A DNA stretch of 62,864 bases, filler included, from Polymyxa betae A26-41 (GCA_003693705.1; 8 parts of 8 records of this genome joined end to end with filler, not necessarily neighbours in it), one strand, 5' to 3'. Shown: positions 11,068 to 24,603, counted from the first letter of the whole stretch. Notes: generated from the sequence alone by a model not told the origin. Numbers and translations are program-made.

Positions 11068-14000
11068 TCAATAACGAATAAACTATAGAAGATATAATTA
11101 GGAATTAAGTAGAAGTCTAAGAAGAGGTAGAAGAATAATAAGAGGAGAACGAAGAAACCAAGAACAGGAAGAACGACAGGAAGACGACGACGAGGAACTA
11201 AAACTGCAACGAGAAGAGACGAAGAAGTTGATTCAAATACGGCGTTAACCGAACTGAGCTATTCTCAGTTCGATTCTCAAAAGTGACTGTATTATTGTGC
11301 ATGCAGTCTTACTGCTGTAAACTATCGCCAAACTACACTTTGGTAACATTAGGGCGGGTCGGGGTCGCGCCTCTTAACAGTACGTCCCCTTCAGAAACAG
11401 ATCCCGGTCTTGTGGGAAGTTGGAGATGGTAAGCATGCGCGGCCTGCCGCAGAGCTAGGGTGGCGAAAGACAGCAATTCTTTCGCAGGCTCCCATGTTCG
11501 ATCGCAATTGCCGTAGCCTTTCCAGTGGATCAGATATTGCAATTGTTTTCTATAATATCGCGAGTCAACAATGCGTTCAACTTCATAAAGGGGCTGATTG
11601 TCATCATCAATCATGACTGGAGAAGGGGTGATGCGGGGGCGACTCGGAAATTTAGAGGCGACGTACCGTTCCATGAGAGAATGGAATACTGGTGAATGCG
11701 CAAATCGTCTGGAAGGATTAATTCGTACGCAACGGGGTTGATCTAACGCTTCACCAGAAATGGTCCCAATTTTCGTTCAGATAGTTTTTCGCATGGACGC
11801 TTGGAGCGAATTCCGTCACGAATCAGCCAGACGCTATCACCCGGTTGAAATAACTGATTCTGCTGTTGATTCCTATCACCATATCGTTTCATGCTTTCGA
11901 TGGCACGTTTCAAATTTCTGCGGAGGTTCGAATGCCCCTCGATGATTATCTCCGCAAAAGTAGTCGAAGATGGATTTTCATCGGTCGGGGATATTTCAAA
12001 CTCGAATCGTGGGTGGAAAGCGAAATTAGCAAAAAACGGGCTAATACCAGTCGAAGACTTAACAGTGTTGTAATTGGCGAATTCGGCCATCGACAAAACG
12101 AACCCCAATCGGTCTGAGAAACATTGACGTAACAACGTAAATACTGCTCTAAAACGTGATTAACGCGTTCCGTCTGATCATCTGTTTCAGGATGGCGTGC
12201 AGTATTCAGATTTCGATCGATTTTTTGCTGTTTCAGTAGATGTTTTCAGAATCTGCTGACGAACTGCTGTCCTCTATCGGAGATTAAATTATCAGGTAGA
12301 CCATGTAGCTTGAGAACGTTGCAAAACATCAAAGTAGCAAGATCTGTACTCGCGCAGGACTCGGCACAAGGAATAAAATGCGCCATTTTGCTAAAACGAT
12401 CAATGACCACCAGAATCGAATTTGAACCGCGCGATTTTGGTAGTTTAACAATAAAGTCCATCGAAACTGAAGATCATGGTCTGGGCGGAATAGGAAGCGG
12501 TAAAAGCAGGTCTGATGGTTTATGTCTAACGTCTTTGGAGCGTGCGCACGTATCGCAAGATCTGAGATAATCGCGAATCATCGAATGCATTCCCGGCCAA
12601 CAAAAATCGCGACAAACGAGCTCTTGTGTTTTAGCGATACCAAAATGGCAGGATGACGCTGAATCGTGTCTAGTTTTGAGAACCTGAAAACGTTCTGGTT
12701 GATCATGAACATATTTTCGTCGTTGGAAAAAAAGCGCATCATCGTGCAAAGAAAAATGAGAAGGATCGTATCTATCGAGTCCAAATTCTAAAAGTCGGAT
12801 AATCAATGCCTCTGCAATAGTGATTTGTTGGTGGCTCGCAATGCTAATGGCGTTGATGAATATTTTGGAGTGAAGTACTGGAGGAGTCGTTGTAGATTTA
12901 CAATGGTAGTCTGACCGTCTAGATAACGCATCTGTTTTATCATTCAACGACCCTGGTCTGTGCTTTATACAGAATGAGAACTCAGACAAAAAAAGACCAG
13001 CATGCTTGGCGTCGGTTCAATATTTTAGAAGTCATAACCATTGAAGGTTTCTGTGATCGCTCCCTCGTAATAGGCTCGGCTGCACCGTCCAAGAAATGTC
13101 TCCATTCGTGAGAAACAGCCACGATTGCTAAAAGCTCTTTATCGTAGATCTCATAATTCAACTCCGACTGGCTGAGTTTCCTAGAGAAATATGAAATCGG
13201 ATGTTCACTGTCAGCGTGCGCCTGTGAGAGGACGGCACCGATGGCGAAGTCCAACGCGTCAGTTTCGAGGATTATAGGCAGAGAAGAATCAAAAGTGGCT
13301 AGCACTGGAGCCGAAACAAAATCAAGTTTTAACATATCGAAAGCTACTAGGCACTGGGAAGTTCATCTAAAACTGGCAGATTTTATGGTTAGATTATATG
13401 AAGGCATACATGTGGTTGCGAAGTTCGATATGAACTGTCTATAGAAGTTTGCAAATCCTAAAAACGATTCGATTTCCTTCACTGAACATGGCCCCAGCCA
13501 CGTTCAGTGACTGCATCAACGCGGGCAGGGTCCATTTTAACGCAATTGTTTGAGATTACATATCTCAGGAAATCAACTTCTGCTTCATGGAAAGCGCATT
13601 TTTCGATTTTCACAAAAAGACCATTTTCTCGTAAGGCAGTCAGAATAGAGCGAAAGTGGGTGATATGATCATCTTCAGTGTCCGAATAAATTAGGATATC
13701 GTCCAATTATCGGTAAAATTTATTACGATTGTGTGTTTGAGGCGGAGGCCAAATTCGCCATCGGGAGGGAGGGAAGAAGAATCCTGTCCCCTCAATTCGC
13801 CAAAGATCTAGCTTCTGGACCTCCCTTAGATTCGCGAGTTTGGTATTTCGACTCCAAACCTCTTTCAATGTCTTGGCTTGGGTAGGCAACGGGTGAATCG
13901 ATGTTGAAGTTGTCGACTCGTTTGCAGAATGATTCAAGAAAGAGGCGCCGAGGTCGGGTGATCACCACAAGGCCAGAGGCTTGCGCCAACCTGCTGTGGT

Positions 14001-16150
14001 GTTAACACACTGGTGCTGTTAGAAGGGTCCAGTGTCTCTAGTCCTTGAACCGTTGGGATCCCAGTTGGCTGTTGGGCTCCACAACCGCCACGCGGCAGCC
14101 GCACTTCTCTTGACTGTACCGTCAGCACAGCTCACGCAACGCGGCATTTGGTCGTGGCCATTAAAACAAAAGTTAAACCACCTGTGTGAGACTCGAACAT
14201 AGAACATGACAGTAACATCCTCATCTTGAATCTCTTGGTCTATGATGGAACCTTTGAATCTTCATCCTTTTACCCATAATCTCGATAGTTGCTGATTTCG
14301 GTCCTTCATTGCCAGATCTCAAATATGATACCATAAAATTCCCGATAAAGTCACGAAAAATGTCATTCATTAGATGCTGAAAACATGCTGGCGCATTCGT
14401 CAAGCCGAAAGTCATAACTAAGTACTCGTATAGGCCAAACGCGAGGCGGAAAGCAGTCTTCCACTCGTGCCTTGCTTGATACGGACTAAGTTCTATGCTC
14501 CTCTAAGGTCGATTTTCGTAAAAGTTTTCCCGCGCGAGGTCTCAGATAGCTGGTCTGAAATAAGTGGCAATGGGTATCTGTTCTTGATGGTCAGTTCGTT
14601 GATTTTACGGAAATCAACACATAAAAGAAGAGACTTGTCCTTTTTGGGGACAAACATGACTGGAGAACTGCAGGGTGCTTTAGAGGGTTTTAATGAAACC
14701 TTTCTGAAGATTTTCGTTAAGGTATTCGCGCAGTGCTTCCGTTTCTTTCTTCGACAGACGGTAAATTGGCCCGAACGGAGGAACAGAGTCTACATGTAGA
14801 TCAATCGTACAGTGTAAGGGCGATGAGGTGGTAAGGTATCAGCCTTTCTTTTAGAGAAGACATCCGTGAAGTCACAATAGAGTTCTGGGTGGATTGGAGA
14901 GGGGTTATTAACGAGTGGAGAATCACCAGCTGCTAGTGATGCTAACGAAATGGCTCTCGAACCAGTTTGAGAGAATGCAGACTGCCAGAACGCCAATATA
15001 CCTCCGGATTAAAGCTCTATAACCAATCATAACCTAAAATAACATCGAATTGAGATTGTGGCAGAGTATAAAAGCTATATAGAAAGGAAATATTCCCAAT
15101 TCTTATGTTAGTTATGGCCTGATCGGTGAGATACGTTTTTAAAGTGTTGTTAAACGAAGAGACAGGTAAAGACGACAGGAGTCGGATTTTCTCAAGCTGT
15201 AGACTAGTGACGATACAAAGGCTGACCCCGCTATCTACCAAAATTCGAACCGGGGCGCTAGAACAATGAGACTCTACGTACCCAGAATCAATGAAACCAG
15301 AATAAGGTTGAGAGGTAGAGTTTAGTGAAATTGGCGTGTTTTTGTTGGTTGATATGGGGCAATTTGCGATCATATGTTCTCCGCCGCAGTACAAACATAA
15401 TCCAAGCTGGCGACGGCGGCGTCGTTCATCCTCTGTCAAACTGGGGCGTTGATTTGTTGCGACCTGGGGACGGTTTGGCTGAGAAGGTAAGGCGGTTGGG
15501 GGGAGATTTTCAGTTTGCCGATGCGATGTAGGAAAACCAGCCGATACTGTGGCCGCTGTAAAAAATCACATCGTTTAGCGTCCGAAAGTTTGCTGTTCCA
15601 CAAGCTTCGGCAATATGCAGCATGTTTTCGATATTCGGGTCGAGTCCTTGCCGAAATTGCTCGATTTAGGAACTCTCGGTCCAATCGACATCATGTCCTA
15701 ACAGTCTAAAACGTGATTCATATTCGGAAAAGGTACGAAAGTTTTGTTGACGAAGATCCTTTAAGGTGCGAGAAGAATGTTCGCCCGATCGGGGTTGTCG
15801 AATGCACGCCGTAGTTCAGCTATAAACTCATCATAATTATCCAAAGTAGAGGATTGTGATTCTACGTAAGGCATCAGCCAAAGGAGTGCAGAATCGGTCA
15901 TCAACCTTGTGAACAACCCGATTCGCATAGTATCGGAACTAAATAATGTGCTCTACATTCTAAGATATTGTGTGATCTGACAAAACCACGGTCGGAATTT
16001 TGTTCGGTTACCAGAGAATCGGCTTGGTTTCGATAATTCAGCGAAAGAAAAAGATGGCGGTGGTCCGGTTACAGGGTTACTCAGATTCGACGACGATCTA
16101 AATGACAAATTCGGAACTCGTATCTGGAGCTCAGAAACCTGGGCCTGTAT
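11068..16150 (-). mobile_element. Chromoviral Ty3/Gypsy (Tf1/Tcn1-like), decayed: gag-PR-RT-RH-INT-chromo plus 3' LTR (~11068-11379); 5' end missing
   Basis: Gag FSGNRTKFRPWF and CLYCGGEH..C. PR VDSG and [16 protein letters not shown] and [18 protein letters not shown] and YDKELLAIV. INT MDFIVKLP and SDRG. Chromo YLIHWKGY..DRTWEP. PPT GAAGGGGA, then TGTTAAG at 11379. Confidence 0.93.
13707..14319. other. 613-bp unidentified insertion splitting the Gypsy RT YLDD motif
   Basis: RT reads ...MVSYL up to 14320 and resumes LDDILIY at 13706. CAA is present at both flanks (13704-13706, 14320-14322). Confidence 0.8.
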
Positions 16151-16968
16151 TTGTTGCAAAGCCGTGGTCTTATGTATCTAACAACGACTACTAGGCCTGA
16201 CCTAACTTTCGCAGTCAGCACTTTAGCTCGACATTCACACAAACCAACTCGCCGTGACGTTATGGGAGCTAAAGGCGTATTCAGATACTTGAAAGGCACA
16301 ATCCAGACGGGCATTACATTGGGAGGGGGCGACTTATTATTGTAGGCATACGCCGATGCCGATTATGCTGCCGACAAAGCCACTCGTCGTTCGGTGTCTG
16401 GAAGCCTTATCAAGCTAGGAGGGGGCCTATCGCCTGGGCCAACCGACTACAGTCCTGCGTTACTCTCTCAACCGTTGAAGCTGAATACGTTTCTTTGTGT
16501 TCAGCAACACAAGAGGTTGTTTGGCTCCGCCACTTACTGGCTGATCTGGGTTGTCCTCAAGCCGATCCGACGACGATCTTGGAAGAGAATCAAGGGACCA
16601 TAGCGCTAGCTGAGAGTGTTCAAACAAGCAGACGCTCGAAGCATATTCAAGTTCGTTTTCATTTCGTTCGGGAGAAGGTCTTATCTAAAGATGTCATTCT
16701 CCAACATGTTCCATCAAGTCAGCAGTTAGCTGATATTTTTACCAACCCCTTAATGTCGACCGCGTTTCAACGCATTCGAGATCTTATCATGAGCAGCGGG
16801 CTGCCGACAGGAGGGGGTGTTAGAAATGTGCCGGCCTCCGCTGCAGCCTGCCCCTGAGACGGGCATCTTGCCACGTGAAGTGTACTGGTCACGCTGACGT
16901 TCTTTGACTACTTCTTTGACTACTTTGACTAATACAAAACCATTCCCTTTATTCGCTGCGTTTCAACA
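16151..16968 (+). mobile_element. Ty1/Copia 3' end: RT C-terminus, RNase H, PPT and 3' LTR (16818-16968)
   Basis: LMYL..TRPDL.FAV, YLKGT, YADADYA and SRRSKHIQVRFHF..QLADIFT. PPT AGGAGGGGG followed by TGTTAGAAA...TTTCAACA. Confidence 0.92.
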
Positions 16969-16984
16969 AATAAAACATCAACAT

Positions 16985-19118
16985 TAGAAAAAAAGAGACG
17001 GCCTGATCAAAACCTTCGGAATAAAGTTTGGGAAAAAGTTGAAAAGGACATCTCGGTTCAATACTTCGAAGGGCGCGATCTGTCTGATCGTCGCCGACAG
17101 ATTCGAACTAATTTGACAAACCTCTTGAAAGATTTGAATACTGGGACCGCCGATGGAGAAAATAATGCCAAACCGGAGCTTCAACCGGTTGATATTATCC
17201 CTCTGCTGAAATCTTCTGACGTCTACGCTTCTCATCAAATGGAGAAAAACGAATTTTAACCATACAGGAAGTTCATGCTACACCCACGAAGAAGCGGAAA
17301 GCGGAATTATCAGCAGAAATATCATCGTGCGAGGTAGTCGAGTTAGACATGACTCGTAAAGCGAGTCGCTCTCGCTGCACAGCAGCAATTGAGAAAATTG
17401 CTGAGGAGGCTGCAAAAGGAGAGGTTCTTCCACCAGCAATCCGAGCGGCATGCGTTTAAGCAAAGCCGTAATGCCTCAACCACTGCTATCGACGAACAAG
17501 AAGTGTTTCGTCGGTCGAAGCTCGCAATCAAAGCAGAGCTCGATCTGCTGGTATTCCAAAAACATCACGGCCTGATCGATGAGACAGAATTCCAAGGCTC
17601 AGGCGAATCGCCTTCTCACTAAATTGAAATAAAAAGTTGAAGAATCAACTCTGTACCTAATCATCTCGATCTAGCAGCTCGTCACCCCAGGCTCCACCGA
17701 TTGCAGCACCAGCTTTTTCAACCGTCATATTCATTCGACGCCGGTGGAGAAAATTAGTTAGGATGGCACAGATCTCATGGTAGTGGCAAACTTCTGCCTC
17801 CGATTTGTCCAGGTGCCGTTCAGGATTCTCAATTTCATCTTCAGCCCGCCGATTCCCCATTCGACTTTAATCCTCTTCCCAGCGTGAACTCTGTTATAGG
17901 CATCTAATGCAGGCCCAATAACATCCACAGCCTCCCGCTGGTCGACTCTTCTCATAACATATCGCATCCCAGATAGCCGGCTGAAAAACAATTAGCTCAA
18001 ATCTTCGGTGAATACATGGTGGTGTTTACGATCTCCCATCACGTACTCGAAAGAGTCGTCGTTATGGTGATAAATACTGTCGCCAGTTATTAAAGAGATC
18101 ATACTGACGTAAAATCGTAACATCATGATAAGAGCCTGGGTAACCAGGATCAAGATAGATGATCAAGCCATCATGGTCGACCACAATGGTATTGTTGAAG
18201 GCATAAATCTTCTTGCGACCAGTGTAGAAACGGCGCTCCAGTGAAACATCCAAGTCACTAGGTCTTTGGATCTTGACCAGTGTTCCATCGATAAAGCCCA
18301 GACAGCCATGAAATATAGGCTCTCTGGTTTTTAATTCAGGTTTTCTGGCTTCGTCAGGCCATTGAAGTTCATGGCTCAAATGCTGGCAGATTAGCTCGCA
18401 TATAAAAAACCGATCGTCGCATAGAGAGGAGCGTGAGACATTCCAACGAGTTGATTCGTCTCTAGCGGCTTGATCTTAAATTGTTTCATATTACTGTCTA
18501 TCTGATAGCCGTTAATTAAAGTCGATCAAACCTTTTAAAAAAAGGATTGCAGCAAGTAGGCGCTGCTCAGCAGAAAGCTTGGGTTTTCTTCCTGGGCCAG
18601 CAATCGGCTGCCTAGTTGACCGAGCTGTCGTACCAATAACTGGGACAAGAAATCTTTTCAATTCCTATGAGCTCGTTTATTCTGGTCTTATTATATTGTA
18701 ATACTAGTTCAATCGCCTCCCATTCCGGAATTGTGAAGCCAACGACTCTGTAAAACCGAGTCTCGTGCCCGGAGAGCATACTTCCAAGAAAATCGTATGC
18801 ACCACGAAGTGGGCCGACGTTGTGGTCCCCGTCCTGGTGGTCGCCCATCCTGTCGTCGTTTTCGTCGAGCAGCTCGACTATAAGGGAGCAGGCATGCGCT
18901 ATCAGACTACACTGCCTGCTGGCAATATTTAATACGAGTCTTCATCGGTTTCAAAGAAGCCATCGCCATCGCTTTCGATATCAGCCATTGAGTGACCTCT
19001 ATATGGATAGCGTATGTTTAACTATCATTTGATTCGCACTATTTACGGACAAGCAAGAAACTGAATGTATGATTTATTTTTTTGATGCGAAAAAGATACG
19101 TTTATTTACGGACAGCTC
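16985..19118 (-). mobile_element. PIF/Harbinger element 1: DDE_Tnp_4 transposase (-, ~17657-18960) convergent with accessory gene remnant (+, ~16990-17622)
   Basis: GCLGFIDGT, FYTGRKK, GYPGSYHD, RIKVEWGIGGLK. Terminal motifs ATTTACGGAC at 19041 and 19104. Confidence 0.88.
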
Positions 19119-19226
19119 TACTACACACTGAGGCACCACAGTCAGACAATCGTGACTGCGCGACTGTGAAATTAAAAGTGCGAAGGAGGCTGCGCGTGCT
19201 TCTGGCACGCGTGCTTCAAATACCGG

Positions 19227-21026
19227 CAGGGGTGTCAGCGGTTTCAAACCGGATAAACCGGTTTTTAAAATCTTAAAACTGATCAAACCGGTTTTAGAAA
19301 ATACGCCCAACTGATTGAAACCGAATGGAACCGGTTTCCGAACCGACTCAAACCGGTTTGAAACTAAACCGGTTCTATATACAGTTTTCTTTCTCTGTCG
19401 CTCAGTTTTTTCGTAGATGAGAATTAATGAAATTTATGAATCAAACATCGCTTGTTAAGTGAAACATCGGTTAAATTTGAGAAATGACTGTAATTCCGAA
19501 ATTGCTTGAACTGCATCGTCTCCAAGACGAGCTCGTCGAATGCTTACAGTAGTTCCTGCACGAGAAAATGCACACTCGCTAGGAACTGACGTCGCAGTGA
19601 CTGCCATATAATCTCTGGCCATTAGTTGAATTCGTGGGTAAAGCGCAGTGTTAACCTTAAACCATAGACACACCTCGCGACTGCTTTGGTTCAGCTTCAT
19701 CGGAGCGTGAGACAGCCAGCGATCTAATTCGCTTGAAAAGAGTTCTTCGAATTCTGGCATTGCTAACGAGCTTTCACAACAGTTGTAATAAACCAACTTG
19801 GTCCTTTGAGACTAAATTGCGAGTTTCTTGATTGATCTGGTTTTGCCCCTGATACTTAACCTCGTAATATATATATAATAATCTGTTGTAATCCAACTTT
19901 TCAGCTCAGTCATGCTGACACCGAAATGCTGTAAGTATGGTTTCACACGCGGATCCAGAGCCGCCACTATAGTAACTTCACGACTGCACGCAAGGCTTTC
20001 ATATTCGTTCAGCTTCGATTGGACGGCCTTGCAAATTTGAGAGCATGGATAGATCGGAATCCATCTGCAACCTCGATCGTTTTGCTCACATGTCGACTCA
20101 GTTGATGAAATACAGGTAACACCATGCCTAAGGTTGGGTAAGTCGAAGCAGATATCAAACAAGTCGCGTCTTTAAACGGTTTGAGGAAGCTGTAAACTGA
20201 CCAGGTTTCTGAAGCAATTTCACGGCACAGCCGATCAGTTGGGGAGATTGAGAAACCAGTGTATCGTTCATGACGATCTCGGATGCGTCGTAATAGCTCC
20301 TCCAGCGGCTTACGAATGTCAATTACGCTCGAGACCATTTGTCAGGTACTGTTCCATCGTGTTTCAACGTCTAATTCTGACATCTTGTTTGAAATTGTTA
20401 GACTTGAGCATACAGCCGCAAAGGGCCTCCAATAACTTGGGTTAATTTTGATTTTTTTTCTCCAAATCACGAGATGTTCCAATGGCGACATCAACTGGCG
20501 GACATCGTTTCAAACCTTCCTTGATTGCAAGCTGCAGAACGTGGCTAAACAACGAAGGAAAAAGACTTTCTGCGGCTCGACAACAGGATAGGAGTAATTT
20601 TCGGAGCTAGCATCTTCGGGGATCGATTCGATTGCGTGATATCGAATCGCAGTATCCAGTCGATCTTGAATAAAGTCTACCATTGCCTGGTTGGTACCGG
20701 CTTTATCAGCTGTGATTGCCCACAAAGAACCAAGAAGTGAGCCATCCATATCCGTAACTGGCTTAATCAAGTGATCACCGAAACGCTCCGCCGAATGCGG
20801 ATATAAAACTCGCACGAAAGCAATAATTACAGAGCGCATTGTCCATCCAGCATCGATGTATTGCAATGTCACCACCATATATCCTTTTTTTCGCTGCCGA
20901 TGTCCTCATATCGGTCATGATGCCGACACGGCGATTGAGAATATCACTTTTTAATCGCATTCGTACTTCGACTTTTTCAGATTCCCGAAGCTTTAAAATG
21001 CGGTTACGGATGGTATTTCGTGTTAT
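19227..21026 (-). mobile_element. hAT (Ac-like) transposon, decayed; one terminus with AAACCGG subterminal repeats
   Basis: CAGGGGTGTCA terminus at 19227, then many AACCG(G) repeats to 19376. Motifs TDM.TS, ITAD, TRWNS, LDPR and dimerisation domain YP...MARDY.AV.ATSVPSECAFS. Confidence 0.92.
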
Positions 21027-22709
21027 TGTCATGATTGCGTGCAGGCGCAACCGCTTCCTTCAGGAACTGCATTCTTGTGACTACATGATAATACAGAGCC
21101 TGTGCAATACGACCGAACTGGGGCCAGCTCAGTTCGGTCAACGCCGTTTTTGAATCAAATTTCTCGTCTCGTTTCGTCTTAGTCTCGACTCTCGCCGCCA
21201 CTCAGCATGTTCTTCTTTCCCTCTTATCTTATTATTCTTATTATATTCTTCGTTACGACAAGTAGGCTCTTGACAGTTTGACCGAACTAAGAAAAATGGT
21301 TGTAAATACACGCAGCCAGGATGCTCTTGCAGATCTTCCAGACCCAGCGAATTATCCTAGTGCTGAGGCACCTATGCAACTCACAAACACTTCAGTCGAT
21401 ATTGTTTCTCTGTTACAAAACCTGCAAACTCAAATTTCAGGACTGCAAAATCAGATGATGACTGTCACGCAAGCTCAGTCCAGTCAAATACTCGATTTGC
21501 AAGAACAGATTACAACTATCCATCAACACCATTCGCCTGAGACCAGTAATAGTAGTACTTCTCCTTCGGAGGCGGATCTGGCACCCAACGCCAATCTGTC
21601 CCCAGTTAATAATGTTATCGACGCTTCTTCAATCTCTCGTTCGCTTAGCAACAGGGGAATTACGACAACTCGTCCTAGCCGGTATTTTAACACGTTTGCA
21701 GGTGAAAGATCCAAGTTTCGGCAATGGTTTTGTCAGGTTGAAAACTATCTTCGCCTGTACGACGAATCGTTCACTAATGATACCATGCGTGTCGGTTTTC
21801 TAACAAGCCTAATGACTGATAACGCCTTTAACTGGCTTATGCCTTATTTACGAAGTCGTTCGCCGATACTCGATAATTACGCTCAGTTTGTTATAGAACT
21901 TCAGCAGAAATTCGACGGCCCGGATCGAAGTATGAACTCGTCCCGGCAGCTACGACAGCTGCGCCAGCATCAGTTTTCCAGCTTCGCCGAATTTGAATCC
22001 ACTTTTCGACTGCTAGTTTATGACGTCGATTGGACTGAAAGTTCAAATATCGAGCATTTCCGTGAAGCCTTAGACCCATCCATAGAGAAAATGTTACGAA
22101 TCGCTCAAGCTTGCGGAAACGCATATCTTTCAACACTTGAGGAAGTGATTCGCACAATCGCCGCCACCGAATCACAAATTCCCGTCGAGTCGCAGTCTGG
22201 ACGCGTTGGTTCTGTCAAACGATCATCTCCCAACACTGAGACCGACAATAACAACTCGAAACCATGTCCTCCTTTGTCTGATGCGGAACGCCAGCATCGG
22301 CGCGAAGGATTATATCTTTATTGTGGCGTTGCCCAGTGTTCCTATCTTATCCAATCGCAAACAGCCTACAATTCCACTAAGCGCTTCAGTTCACCCGTAC
22401 TCTAATTTGTTGTTAATGGTCGTACAGTACAGGATAATTGCTCACACCCGGTGGAGATGTTAATCGACAGTGGCGCTGGAGCCAGCTTCATCAGTTCATT
22501 AACGGTTCGCGGGCTAAGCCTGAACATTGTTAATCTGCCTCGCCTTTAAAAGTGTCACCTTTTAATGAAGATTTGGCTTTTATTATTACGGAAAAGACGA
22601 CAATCAATTTGCCATTGAGCAAACAGAGATTCTCAATTAGTTTGTATTTTCTACCGCATTCGCGCTACAGTACTATTCTAGGTTTTGATTGGCTTATTCA
22701 TCATAATAA
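21027..22709 (+). mobile_element. Chromoviral Ty3/Gypsy 5' end: 5' LTR (21027-21260), gag (21278..22405), protease remnant
   Basis: TGTCATGA...TTACGACA LTR homologous to the 11068-11379 LTR. Gag homologous to 15440-16150 (DVDWTESS.IE.FR..LDP.IE.ML.IA.ACG). LIDSGAGASF and ILGFDWL. Confidence 0.88.
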
Positions 22710-24580
22710 ACTCGTCCGTAAATGGGGCAAAGTCAGCGGGAGTTGTACGGAGTTTTAAGAAAACTCCCGACGAGCTTGGGAGGGCGCAGCCCTCGGCTGG
22801 AACTCACGGCGGAACTCGGAGATGCTCTGAAAACTCAGCACGGCTGAGTTTCCTCGGGAATTCCGGTCGGCAGGCTGCGCGCTCGATCTTCGAACTTTGA
22901 TACTGCAGCTGGAAGGAGATCATGAGTAATAGCGATTGCTTATCTAGCTCCCTTGGATCATCCAAGACCGAAGTCCCAAGCAAACGAAAACTGGACTTTG
23001 ACAATTCCATTGCCGCTCCTTGCCAGGCTGAAAAGCCTCAACCAAAGCGCCAGGTTGTCGACAGTCATCGAATTAGTATGCTGATGGCTTCGTACAATAA
23101 ACATTTTGCTGTTTACTTTAATGGCAAAAAGAATATAATTCAGATTTTGCCTGCGAAAGTGTGGAAAAGCGTAACGATTCTATGGAACCTTTTTTATTCT
23201 CGATTGGTTAATATCCTCGATTTTATAGGTTGAAACTGACTCTGACTGCAGAATATCTGCCGAACATTTGAAAACCTCAATTAGACAAACAAAATCTGAG
23301 CAAAAAACTGAAACTGCAGACAGCGAAAACGGAAGGCGGCGTTACAGCCAGGAGATTTTTTAGAACAGATCAAAATGACTGATGGGCATATAAAGAGGAA
23401 CATGTTAGCCAAACGAGAAGAATGCATCAGCATGATGCAGACACCAAACACAAAACCCAATGTATTCCTTTCGTCTAAAACGCCACAAGAAGGACCCAAC
23501 ATTAAAACAAAAGCACAGATGCTCGATAAACAATCGAGCTCAATCGCCCGCATCAGCGAGAATTATGAAAAAACCAGCAGCTTGAAGCAACAGCTTCTTG
23601 AAGCCAAAGCCACGCGAGCCAAAATAGAAAATTTAATAGAAGCCTTGGCTTTGGGACTAATTTCACAAGAGGAATTTAACAAGCGAGCTGCTTCTCTTCT
23701 GTTGTAGATACAAATGAATAAAGAGCGTTAGTAATCGCCCTCCCAGCCAACGTCTGCTTCATCTTGGTCAAAAACGACCACAGACATATCGATTCGTCGG
23801 CGCTGTAAGAAATTTGTTAGGATGGCTGCTGCATGGAACAATTTTGGAAACTTCTCTCTCGAAGAGTCGAAGCGCTTCCTAAGACGTTTCCATTTCCTCT
23901 TGAGTCCGCCAATTCCCCATTCAACTCGTACTCGGTGGCCACCATGCATTGCATTGTATGCATCTACAGCTGTCTTCTGATCATTATCGTCCTCGTCCAT
24001 CTCGCGGCGATCAATACGTCGCATTATAAACATCTCTTCGCCGCCAGGATCACCTAGCAGATATTCAAAGTAATCGTCACGATGTGCAAAATGCTGTCTC
24101 CAGTTGCGATACAGACTCGACTGGAGTAGAATATTGACATCGTGGTACGACCCAGGGTACCCTGGATCAACGAAAATGAATAGCGCATCGTGGTCGACAA
24201 CGACGGTGCTGTTGAAACAGAAGATCTTTCTCCCGTTAAAATACCGACGGTGAATGTTTAGATCTTTAGGCCAGCGTATTTCAACGAGAGTCCCATCGAT
24301 AAATCCAATGCAGCTTGGGAATGCAGGGAGTCGAGAAGCCAGCCGCGTTCGATACTCTGCACTGGGCCAGCGAAGTTCGTCACGTAATGCTTCAACGAAA
24401 ACAGAATCGTCGCACGAAGAACTTTTCGATTAGTTCCAGGTGAAGGCGTCATATTGATCTGCATTGTCATGCTTCATGTACACTATGAAATGTAGAAGGC
24501 GCTGATCGGGCGATAGTTTGGGCTGTCTTCCAAATACTGAACGAGGCATTCCTGTTGATCGAGCATTGATCGCAATGACC
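22710..24580 (-). mobile_element. PIF/Harbinger element 2: accessory gene (+, 22922-23707) convergent with transposase (-, 23728-24580)
   Basis: TAA|ACTCGTCCGTAAAT terminus. CIGFIDGT, GYPGSYHD, RVRVEWGIGGLK. Same family as element 1. Confidence 0.88.
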
Positions 24581-24603
24581 TATAGCGCTACTTGAGATCT
24601 CGA

